From contig NC_087255.1 in assembly GCF_037042905.1 (NCBI RefSeq), positions 12,462,001-12,526,000 of the forward strand: a DNA stretch of 64,000 nucleotides, written 5' to 3'. The notes beneath the pieces are model-generated. The model ran no database searches. It was given only the letters and a program-made list of their open reading frames with translations, and had not been told where the DNA came from. Position 1 is the stretch's first letter, and each line of letters begins with the position of its first letter. The DNA is from Lytechinus pictus. Its lineage: Eukaryota. Position numbers and translations under genes: made by a program. This document shows, one piece after another, positions 25,301 through 36,203 of the stretch.

Positions 25301-26135
25301 ACTAAAAAAAAATCCTCCAACATAAAACTGATTCAAGGCAACAAAAAAGATAAGAAAATTGGGGTTAGATTTAAATAAATTTAAAATGAGAGTTATAGCT
25401 AGAATAAAGAAAAAAAAATACCTCCCCCAGAAGGTAACACAAACTTAAACCATTAGTGGACCCTCAACTTTCATGAGAAATTGGGAGAAACTAAGCTTGA
25501 CCCCCTCCCCCCCCCAAAAAAAAAATGGCAAGAAAACAATTACAAAAACCCCCAGCTATGTTTAACCAATCATGTGATTGCCCCCCCCCCCCCATCAAAA
25601 AAAGAAAAATATTCACTAAAGATTGTTTAAGGGGCACATCATATATGTCCCCTCCCCCCCCCCCCCCCACCTCCCTAATCCGCCTCTGAAAAACTAAAAA
25701 TAGAACTTGTCAATTTCCAAGCAAACACATTTCAAGAGAAACAGCTGTGTTTACCTCATTATGCATGGGAAAAAACAATATTTATTCATGAATATGCATG
25801 TGAATGTGCGCGACGCGTCTACGCTGTTCCAATGAGGATTGCAGGCCTAGCGCTCCATCGCGCCGTAACCATGCCATGGCCCCACGCATACGCTACCCGC
25901 TCGTACCCGCCCAGCGTTGGTAAGGTGGGTCACGTGCGCGCTAGCTGGATGCGACTCTCGCCGAGCCGACGAAAGGCAATAGACGCAGCATTTTTAGTAA
26001 AAAATCTGATTTCCATGTTTTTCCGAGTTTTTCAACAAACCAAGTTAGGAAATGTTTTATTGAACATCTAATCTTTCTTTTGAGGTAAGTTTTATAAAAT
26101 TTCATTGGAGTTGAAAATTTCCGTGAGCGTGCCTA
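19383..26135 (+). mobile_element. Full-length, potentially autonomous hATw-like DNA transposon (6753 bp)
   Basis: Perfect 14-bp TIRs taggcacgctcacg (19383-19396) / cgtgagcgtgccta (26122-26135); perfect 7-bp TSD acgtagt (19376-19382, 26136-26142); encloses an intact transposase gene. 7-bp TSDs are characteristic of the hATw group. Confidence 0.92.
21134..24975 (+). CDS. hATw-like DDE transposase, 956 aa, two coding exons (21134-22030, 23002-24975)
   Basis: Phase-0 GT..AG intron 22031-23001 joins ...SYYLQ|NLGVAEGKVSEAIR..., which aligns with the uninterrupted first transposase. Motifs YDGTTK, MTDRAS, RCGMHPL, GNRFNILF, STNISGERQFA; C-terminal Tudor-like domain. In-frame TAA just upstream of ATG 21134; candidate 5' UTR acceptors at ~20501 and ~21104. 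Confidence 0.9.
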
Positions 26136-27491
26136 ACGTAGTCATGACGTGATCTGCGCGATTGACCAATCAGCGGTCACCGATTCGCTGAGCTGGTCTA
26201 TCCGTTGTACACAGTCTATGGACGATTTACCACTGTGTCAGCGGCGGTGACTTCATCTCCCATTGACTTTGTATGACTATGACTATGAGCGCACACACAC
26301 GAGAAGAGAGGCGACTTATTTCAGCATGTTCAGGATAAGGCCGAACAATGTTGTTAGCCTTATTCATTGAATGAGTGCATCAAAGTGATCTCCTAAGTAT
26401 TCTCTCAATGGTCTGATTTTGGAGAGTAACCTCGCGAATACATGTCATGAATTGAATAGCGAAGTTTATGCGTCTCTATCTCAAAGTTAGAATAGCCCAC
26501 ACGAAGTTGGGTTTGTGGGACTGAATATTATAAACCTGAACAAGAGACAATTTAACATTAATGATTAGATCAAAATATTCGACAGCACAATAATAATTTA
26601 GGAATTATGTTCTTAAAGTAAAATGATACTAAGCTTCCTTCACCTATAATGATAAAGAATATATTCAAAATACCTGAGATAACGAACTTTGCTGAAAATA
26701 AAATGAAATCTCCGTCAGGTTGTACTCGATATCACATGGAATGGAATTGTGCACGTTGTTTCGAGCTTATAGTATCGCCGAAACGTCCAAATGGAAGGGG
26801 GAAAACAGATTGTCAGACATTCATGTTCTTTAGCATAATTATTATCGTTTCTACGACTATACCACCACTACCACCACTACCACTACTACTACATTCTGTA
26901 CATGTCTTCATAAATATTCAATGAGCAAACTGATAACCCCACTTGTTCTTTTTTTTTATTTCATTATATGAAATTATGTTTTTTTATTCAAAGTTTTTCC
27001 TCCAAGAAATAAAGAAGTCGGATTGACAACTGATTTGATGCATCAAATATTAATTACTGCAACTTATTTTATCAGAAGGGAGACATAATTATTCACATTG
27101 GTATGAAGAAATTAAATAATTATGATTTCATGTAATAACGTAAGAAAAGGAAAAGTGGGGATGCGGCATCCTCAGCCCACCTGAGGCCCATCAATGACTA
27201 AGTACAAAACTGTTTTCACAAAATATTGTTTAGTTTTAAAATTCAATAAATTCTTTATAAGTTATAAGATGTTGATGAAATTTTCATTTTCATTTTCCTA
27301 GCATTTTGCTAGGTGAATTTTACTCTGTTTATATTTTCAACCCGGTACCCCCTGGACCTGGGAAGCGGGGGTGCTGCGTGTATTATTTTCCATATGCAGC
27401 ACCCCCACGAAATCAGGTTCCCCCTGTATTTTTTGAAATATGTTATAATGTACATAATTATCACAAATCACAATCACAATCACAAATCATT

Positions 27492-27625
27492 TACTACTGT
27501 CTTTCACAAATTCCAATAACATATATCCCTCCTAACGCGACTCATGCAATCAATGAGCTACTACTGTCTTTCACAAATTCCAATAACATATATCCCTCCT
27601 AACGCGACTCATGCAATCAATGAGC
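27492..27625. repeat. Perfect 67-bp tandem duplication
   Basis: 27492-27558 is identical to 27559-27625. Confidence 0.95.
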
Positions 27626-29149
27626 TCCGGCACTCCGATCATGGATCTACTACATGCTCCGATACAGACGTGGTCGCGCGCGATACGTGATAATCATACA
27701 CACTACTCGATAGCAGTGAGGGACACAGTGGCGTAACAGGCGGGGGGGGGGGGCAGGGGGGGCAAGCTGCCCCCCCTGGCGGAGCTCACCGGCAAAATAA
27801 AAAAACGGGAAAATAAAAAAAAGGGGGGAAGAAAGGGAAAGGGAAGGGAAAGGAAAAAAAGGGGAAGGGGAAAGGGAAAGGGAAAAGAAAACTAAGAAAA
27901 AACACAAAAAAGGGAAAACGGAAAGATAACGGGAAAAGGAAGGAAAGAAGAACAAGTGAGAAAGAACAATTCTCCCCGATATACAAATACATTAGCATGA
28001 TAAGTAAGACAGTGAAATAAATTAAAGATGACAAAAAGGCAAACAAAAGCGGGAAATAAAGGCAGAATGGAATTAGCCAAAATCAAAATTGGAAAATAAA
28101 GAATAGGGACAAGATAACGTACACTACCGGGCTGCCGAGGATTGAGATAACGAGCGGGAAGAAAATGGATGGAATATAGCATAATGTCGTATGAAAGTCT
28201 ATCATAATCTTGCTAAATCTCCAAAGGCTCTGTCCAAGAGTCAAGACCCCGTGCAATGGGGGCTCTTCATCTGTAACCTTTAATGGGTTCTATAACGGGC
28301 CCCTATATGGACCCTTCCTGCATTAAGCTTTACGTTGAAGCACTGGCGTACCGGGGGGTGGTTCCACAGCCAAGGGGAAATAAAAGAAAATAAAGGAGGC
28401 AGCAAAATGACATGAATGAAAAAAATATATGACATGATATTTGCTATAATGATGTAACAATCGATCACATAATTAGAATTTCATTTTAACAGGCCGTTTT
28501 TTTCTGGCTCACTTCGCTCGCTGGCGACTTTTTACAATTTTTCCATATTTGCTATGGTGTGCCCCTCACAATATTTGGATGATTACGATACACAACTGCA
28601 TTGAATTTATGTGTTGTGTGAAAGCTATATAAATATAGACGCAATTTGATTAAAATAAGTGGCCATCTGTAAGGTTTAAAATGGTTTTGATATCAAGAGG
28701 TTCCGGGGCTCTGCCCTGGACCCCACCCATAAAGCACTGTTATATGGATGAGTTTGGACCATGGCCCCCTAAAGTTCTACAACCAAACAAAAAAAAATGA
28801 GGAAAGAAAGGAAAGTGTATTATATTTTTCTGAAAATCATGTTAAAATCTATCTTCATGTTAGATTCTCATGAAAAGGTGATTTTTTATCTCGCTCGCTT
28901 CGCTCGCTCGGGACCTATATTAAGCTACTTCTTGCCACAATCGCCATACTCGGCCCCCTCGAGCATATAGAGCTTCGCACTGATGCTCACAATCATAACA
29001 AAAATCCTGTTCACCATGGCGTACAAAAAAGAGAGAAAAACGGTAAGAGAGGAAAGTGAAATATGATATCTTTTTAACATTATGTCAAAATCTATCACAA
29101 AATTGGATTTTTGCAATAAAAATGTCAAAAATTTTTGCTCGCTCGCTCG

Positions 29150-29151
<2 letters not shown>

Positions 29152-29240
<89 letters not shown>
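29152..29240. repeat. (TA)n microsatellite
   Basis: Direct reading; explains the YIYIYI ORFs. Confidence 0.98.
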
Positions 29241-29243
<3 letters not shown>

Positions 29244-31334
29244 CCCGATACGCCATATCGCCCCCTCAAACTTTTTGCCTTATGACGCCATTGCCTGTTC
29301 CATGATATATGACCGGGAAATTGTTGGCTCGAAATATCCGACACTAACAGACATCTTTAAAACAAAAAAAATCAGCACCTTACGAGCATATTCACAATTA
29401 TTGTCCTTACTACCCTATACTAACGATTGATGAAGCATATTCATTCTATAACATATAAAATTAATTGACCTAGCCTATTTCAGTGATTCTTTATTTGGTG
29501 TTATGGATATTTATTATGAGTTTAGACAATTAGCAGTATTAATTTTTCATAGCCGAACGCAGCCGGGGGGGGGGGGGGACCGATGCCATAAGAAATTCTG
29601 AATTTCTGAATATTTTATTGAATAAATTCTTAAAACTACGAAAAGAGTGCACGAAATCCATTCATTTCACTGGTTAAAAAAAAAATTGCCCTACTGAGCA
29701 GCGCGGTAACTTCACTTCATCGCCTTTGAACTTTTTCGATTTGTTTTTTTACATAGGATTAGTAGGAGTATAATTTCATCATTTTAATGAAAAGCTATTG
29801 AGTTACTGTTTCATATTCTAGTAAATTTAAGATTGCATCTCACACTACCTTAGAGCAAATTTTCGCAGCATTTCCATAATTTGGTGGTCAGGATCAATGA
29901 ACAGTAAGAAAATCTTCGAGTAATAAGATTTAAGCATAGTGCTTCTGATGATACACAGCATAAAGCATATGGTTTGATGGCAAAGAACGTTAAGAATGTA
30001 AACTGTATTTTTTAGGCAGCACAAGGGTTTTTTAAAGTTAAGGTAGTTTTCTAGCATATTTTAAAAACTTAATGTCTTGGTTGAGTGTGTGATTTTAGTT
30101 AAAATTAGTAGGCCTACGGTTGTATGCAAACATCCGTTTACACGCATGGCTTAATAACGCATAAGGTTTTTAAGCATAGGGTTTTTGTTACCCATCAGAT
30201 TTTTATCATAAGGTAAGAAAGTTTTAAAGCATAACATGCCTTGGTTGAGTGTATGATATATTTAGTTAAGGTTTTCATAGCTTACGGTTGTATGGAAACA
30301 TATATACGCATATGGTTCTATTAAGCATGAGGTTTTGGTTAAGTTCAAGTTTCTTATACTAAAACATTATGCTTTGATATGCTTAAGCATGAGGTTTAAG
30401 CATGTGGGGGAGGGGGTACATATGGAAAACTAGCGGACAGAAGGTCCTCGCTGCACGCGCGCACCCTTATAACACGCATAATTCCCTTGCATCATACCCT
30501 TTTTTCACAAACAAATGTGTATCAAGGACAAGCATTGATTCAGATAGAATTTCCGTCCCCCTAAAATGAATGTTAACAACTTCTATCAGATGACCATACT
30601 TCTATTTACATTCAATTGGTGGGAAATATGGCACTTTATTACATTAAAATCACTCAAAACCATCCAAAGTCAGGAATATGTATTGGGATAATGGGTTTGG
30701 GGGACATTTTAATAGTACCCGGGTGGATTATATCCGTCGTCACATCGGTGGGTGATGATATCAAGAATTTCCGTTCAGATTACAATAAAGGGCACATTGT
30801 AAGGCAAATACTCATGAAAGAACCATGGGGATTGGTTAATAAAGAAATAGAGCACTTTTATCATCAAATCGGAGGAGATTTTCTTTGTGATAGTGATGTC
30901 CAAAGAGCAAACCTATACACTCGACGTGCATTTACCATACAGGGCAGCCTGCGGCTGGACAGAGCTTTTGTGTACGTCGGTGTGTTGTTCGAGTCACAGC
31001 GGTTTTTCAGCTCTTTCTATTGCAGTGCTGAGCATTTTATTAGGAATATATAACTATATATACATTGTCAGTCCGAACTATAGATATAAATAAACCAATT
31101 GACCACCGATGGGGACGGACGTACTTTAAGAGCGCTCTTGGCCAATGTCGCCGCAACTACTACACGACTTATTTTCTTAATTATGACTAAGGATGTACCT
31201 GATATTTGAACTACTGTATATTCTATATCTGCTTATGGATTATTTACGGTCTTCACTTCATAAAAACTGATCTTACTACGAATAACCAGATACATTCTTC
31301 TCACTGCGTTTTCTTCGACTTATTCGTAGTCATC

Positions 31335-32168
31335 ATGCACCCAAGTACTCGCTCTAAGACGGCTAATAAGACGCCGCCCGCCCTTCAAACATCAACCCAA
31401 GAAGCTAGCAACAACCTACCTCAGTTAACCCTAGCAGACCTTTACAAGAAAATATCAGAATCTACATCTAACCTAGGAGACAAGATTGATAAACTTTCAA
31501 ACGAGGTTAGTCAAATTAATAAGAGGTTTGATGAACTTGAGGATAGCGTCGTTTTTCATACCGGGAAAATCAACGAAATCGAGAAGGAAATTATTCCCGA
31601 AGTAAAGTCGTCTCTTCAAGAGGAAATACAGAAGCTACAGGACAAAATAACGATGATGGAAATCCACAACAGGAAATCGAATTTGCTTTTCTACGGAGCT
31701 ACGGAAACACGCGGAGAAGATATCTACACTGTGTTAAAGGAGATTTTCATACATCTTGGCATACCTGCGAGGGAAGCGGATCAAATCCAGGTGATAAACG
31801 CCCACCGGCTACCGAGGCGCCACGCCGAAGCAAACGCAAGTAACCTTGGCCCGAACCCGATAATCGCCAGATTTGTCTTCATGGGAGATCGCGACCGTAT
31901 TTTAAATGCTTTCGAACAACGTAGCCGAAGCAAAAGCGGAGCGACCCCCGAACCTCAACCCCAACCAGCAGGATCACAACGGCCGCGTATCACTGTAAGG
32001 ACTGATCTACCCCCGGCACTAAAAATCCAACGTGGGAAGTTAGCTAACGAGGCTTACAAATTGCGTAAAGAAAAAGGCCTATCAACGAAAATTGTTGTGT
32101 ACGAAGCTAAAGTCATCCTAAAGTGGAAGGAAAAGGGATCAGCTAACTGGAACAACTACACTGGATAA
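31335..32168 (+). CDS. LINE ORF1p (coiled coil + RRM + CTD type), ~277 aa
   Basis: MHPSTRSK start, heptad coiled coil, then EIHNRKSNLLFYG, NAHRL, PIIARF, VRTDLP motifs typical of L1/CR1/L2-group ORF1 proteins. Confidence 0.85.
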   Translation: MHPSTRSKTANKTPPALQTSTQEASNNLPQLTLADLYKKISESTSNLGDKIDKLSNEVSQINKRFDELEDSVVFHTGKINEIEKEIIPEVKSSLQEEIQKLQDKITMMEIHNRKSNLLFYGATETRGEDIYTVLKEIFIHLGIPAREADQIQVINAHRLPRRHAEANASNLGPNPIIARFVFMGDRDRILNAFEQRSRSKSGATPEPQPQPAGSQRPRITVRTDLPPALKIQRGKLANEAYKLRKEKGLSTKIVVYEAKVILKWKEKGSANWNNYTG

Positions 32169-32299
32169 AAGTGAGTCAATTCCTAATCCGTTTTCACTAA
32201 AAACTTCATTTCAACTTCAACTGAATCACTGGAAAGATATTTTGTTCATGAATGAAATCTTTAAGCATCTAAAAAATTGTCTTTTTTAACTTAATAAAA

Positions 32300-34200
32300 A
32301 AAAAGAAGACAAGAAGGAAGAAGGTTAATACTTTTGTAAATCTTCATTCTGTACCTCTAAATTATCCGGGTTTTCTTTCAAATTACGTATATGATTACAC
32401 CCCCATAAAGTAAACTTATTAACGTTAAAAAAAATCATGTTTATGGACTGCTATATTCTGTTATTTTGGAAAATTCATTTTGAAACCCAATATACTTCTA
32501 TATTTGCATATAGAATGGAAATAAGTTGTATGTATTTTCTCTTGCCTTTACATTGAAATACTATAGGCCTACATGTACTTGCTAAACTGGTAATTTTCAA
32601 AAAATCTCAGAAAATTCGTACTAGTTTAAATGTACAACCGTATAAAATGGGTAAACATCTATAAAATCAGGGTTTTTTTTTCAAAATGTGGTAAAAAACG
32701 ATAGGATGAAGTAAGTCGATATTTTACATTTTCTATTGTAAAACTTCATTCTGTACCCCCAAATTACCCAGGTTTTCTGTCAGATTATGTATTTGATTGA
32801 AACAAAAAGTAAACTGATTAATACGAAAGAAAATCATGTTTATGGATTGCTATATTCTATTCTTTTGGAAATTCATTTTGAAATCCAATATACTTGTATA
32901 TTTGTATACAGAATGAAGATAAGTCGTATGTATTTTCTTGTTGTCTTTACATTGATAGATTTTAAAATTTACGCTAAAAGTAATTAAAAAAAAAAATCTC
33001 AAACATTCGTACGAGTTTGAATGTACAACTGCATAGAATTGTTAAACATCTCAAATCATGTTTATTTCTTAAATATAATAAAAAGGAGAATAAGAATGAA
33101 GGTCGATATTTTCCCTTTTCTCTTGCAAATCTTCATTCTGTATCAACCTAATTACATGAGTTTTCTTTTAAATAATGTATTTGATTGGACCAAAAAAGTA
33201 AACTGATTAATATGAAAGAAGATCCTGTTTATGATTTCTTTCAAATTATGCACTTGATTGGACCAAAAAGTTAACTGACTAATACGAAAGAAAATCATGT
33301 TTATCTGTTTATGGATTGCTATATTCCATTCCTTTGGAAAATTCATTTTGAAATGCAATATCCTCTTATATGTGCATACAGAATGAAAATAAGTTATATG
33401 TATTTTCTTTTGTCTTTACATTGATTGAAGACTTTAAGATTTATGCTGAAAGTATTATTTAAAAAAAATCTAAAATATTTGTACTAGTTTATGATGAAAA
33501 AAAGAATGAAGGCTGATATTTTCTACCTTTTCCATTGTAAATCTTCATTCCATATCAACCTAAATAACATGAGTTTTCTTTCAAATAATGTATTTGATTG
33601 GACCAAAAAGAAAACTGATTAATACGAAAGAAGATCCTGCTTATGGATTAATTGCTATTTTCTATTTGGAAATTCCTTTTGACATCCAACATCCTTATAT
33701 ATTTCTATACAGAATGAAGATAAGTTGTATGTATTTTCCCTTTGTCTAACATTGAAAGAGGACTTTAAAATTTATGCTAAAAGTAATTTCCAAAAAAAAA
33801 AAAATCACAAACATTCGTACTAGTTTAAATGCACAACAGCATTAAATGGTTAAACATCTCAATCGTATTTTTTTTTCAAATGTGATGACAAAGAGGATAA
33901 GAAGGAAGAAGGTCGATAACTTTACTTTTTCTATTGTAAATCTTCATTCTGTACCCTTAAATTACCTTGCTTTTCTTTCAAATAATATATTTGATTGTAC
34001 CCAAAAAAGTACAAGGAAAAATACGAAAGAATATCCTGTTTATGGATTTCTCTCTCTCTCTCTTTATATATATATATTTTTTTTTTCTTGAAAATTCATT
34101 TTGAAACTCAATATCCCAGTATATTTCCATACAGAATGAAGATAAAAATTATGTTACATGTATTTTCATATGTCCTTATATTGATAAAACCATATTAAAG
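32300..34200. repeat. Diverged tandem array, ~400-bp unit x5
   Basis: aa.cttcattct(g)ta recurs at ~32339, 32740, 33128, 33540 and 33939, each followed by atgtttatgga...gaaattcattttgaaa...tacagaatgaa. Confidence 0.9.
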
Positions 34201-34499
34201 CAACAAAACGAATGTACTGCTTATTTCTATTTCATTTTCTCTCACCATGATGAGCACCTACATTCTTGTAATATTCATGAATGAAGTAAATGCCAACTGT
34301 TTATTCAGAATCAATATTGTCTTATACCTGATTTAACTCTTTTGGATCGAATATTTTTATGCAAATGAGTTATAAAGTAATAGTGTCCGTTTTGTATAAG
34401 AGGAAAGAATGATACTGAATCATTTTCTTTGCCCGCCAAATTTTTCCCGCCAAATTTTTGCCCGCGAAATTTTTCGCGGGTCCTTGCAATCAATCTGCT

Positions 34500-36050
34500 T
34501 TGTATTGCTCATAAGTATCTATTTGAATAGGGACTTGTTATGCTTTCAACAACATTCTCCAGAATAAACTATTGATACTTAAAGAATCTCCAAACCCTGA
34601 ATAATGCCTGTATAATTTAGTATTCAAACATTCCTAGTCCCTTCATTTGTTTTTCTGAATAAGATTCTTCTGAGTATTTTAAACTCCTAACAATCTGCTC
34701 TAAAGCAATCATGATAATCCATTTTAGAATAGGGAGTTCCTTCATACAGGGAATTTAAAATAAACAGTGTGCTTTATTTGTTGATGCTAATGACCGTAAT
34801 GGCTTTCACACTTTCCTTGTACCATCCACAAAAATTCGGACTGATACAACGTTTAGGGTCTATATGCTAATATTGTGAATACAGTATCATTGTTCAAAGA
34901 AGATTGTAACTGCAAATGATTTTTAAAGCAGATTCCATCTGGTTTTCAAAACATAAAGGACTTTTTAAATAAGCACCGTGTTGTTTCATTGACCCCCAAA
35001 TTCTGAATTCGAAGCAATTATTTATCTGTTTTCACTTTTGTACTGTTCAGAATAATCCTCCAGAAATTCATGCAATGACCAGAATTCTGGATCAGAATGG
35101 GGACTTGTTTCATTTATGTTTTCAACCGAGTCTTCGCAATGTTCTCTTTTGTAATAAACAAAAGTTGTTAAGCAAATAGTTCATATTATTATACTAGCAA
35201 ATGCCATCTGTTCTCTTATGTGTGAAGATTCAGAATGGAAATTGAATTGTAGAAAACTGAAAACTGTCCAATCCCTAACAATTAGTTCTTCTCTGTCTTG
35301 CTCAGTGTAACCTTTGCACAATTGAGACCTCCTTAATGGTGATAATTTGTAAACATCTTCAATAGTGCACCATTGAATGCATGTTACCATTTTTTTTGTT
35401 CAAACATTGAAATGCCTATAATATCTTTCTTTTTCGGAATGAAGTATAATGGCCAGCGATACTTTGTTAAATTTCTTACAAACAATGTTTTGTATCGCTC
35501 TCTTTAACTTATTCAGAATTCTTTCGCGCTGTGCAACACCAGCATTCTCATCAGTGCACTCTTGTAGATGATGACTTTGTGTTAAAATCCTAGTTGCATT
35601 CAATTATTATAATGCAACGTGTTGTCAATTACTTGTATAAGATCAATTTAAATGCTTCAAACCCTTCAAATGCTTTTCTTTTTGTCATGCACTCATGAAA
35701 ATCGTCAGAGAAGAACAACAGGTCGTTTGTGTTGCAATTTCAGTGCCATTCTCTAATTTGTTATCTTGATAATCCTTGTCACAAACCTGTCATTTAAACG
35801 CATTTTTTTTAAATACATGTCGATAACCTTTAGGGAGATGTCCTTACAAATTTCTGAGATCCAGGAAAGGGGATTGAACTGCCGTAGACCATCCGGCATT
35901 CTTACAATACTTATAAGTCCACAAACACTCATTGTGTTTCTTCTTTAAAGACGCTTCTTTTCTCGCTCCAAAATCAGCTCTCTCTTAATTAACGACATTG
36001 CCCATTCTCCTTTCACTCTCTTCCTTTTCTTTAGTTTACTATTTTTCACT
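34500..36050 (-). pseudogene. Highly decayed hAT transposase (KIAA1586/ZNF862-like) remnant
   Basis: Broken minus-strand frames give, in the expected order, NATRILTQ..., KVSLAII, KGYTEQD..ELIV, FLEDYSEQY, KVLYVLKTRW (hAT RW motif, ~34935-34965) and GLEIL*VSIVYSGECC. Many stops and frameshifts. cccgc(c/g)aaatttt repeats at 34431-34480 resemble subterminal repeats. Confidence 0.45.
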
Positions 36051-36203
36051 GCAGGTAGATACTTCCAAGGCGGTGCATTGGCCAACAGAGCCTTTTGTAC
36101 TTTATAGTATATCTCTCAGTGACGATCCTAATACCTCCGTCTCTGTATCCACTTGACTGCACACACACGCACATGCACTCACTCCCAACACACATCCCTC
36201 AAC

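Larger units (their letters stand above)
18792..26237. mobile_element. Non-autonomous Transib/RAG-like DNA transposon (~686 bp after removing the nested hATw element)
   Basis: Starts CACAGTG (18792-18798), ends CACTGTG (26231-26237), perfect 5-bp TSD tcagc (18787-18791, 26238-26242), shared subterminal block aacggatag at both ends. Confidence 0.85.

Noticed and set aside
19221-25800. Shared 14-mer catgaatatgcatg in the RSS-like element and in hATw
   Set aside because: Near-palindromic AT-rich motif; similar atgaatat motifs occur in other repeats in the window.
28925-29430. ORFs with YIYIYI repeats
   Set aside because: Translation of the (TA)n microsatellite.
30616-31053. 145-aa ORF upstream of LINE ORF1
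   Set aside because: No recognisable domain or splice context; cannot be supported.
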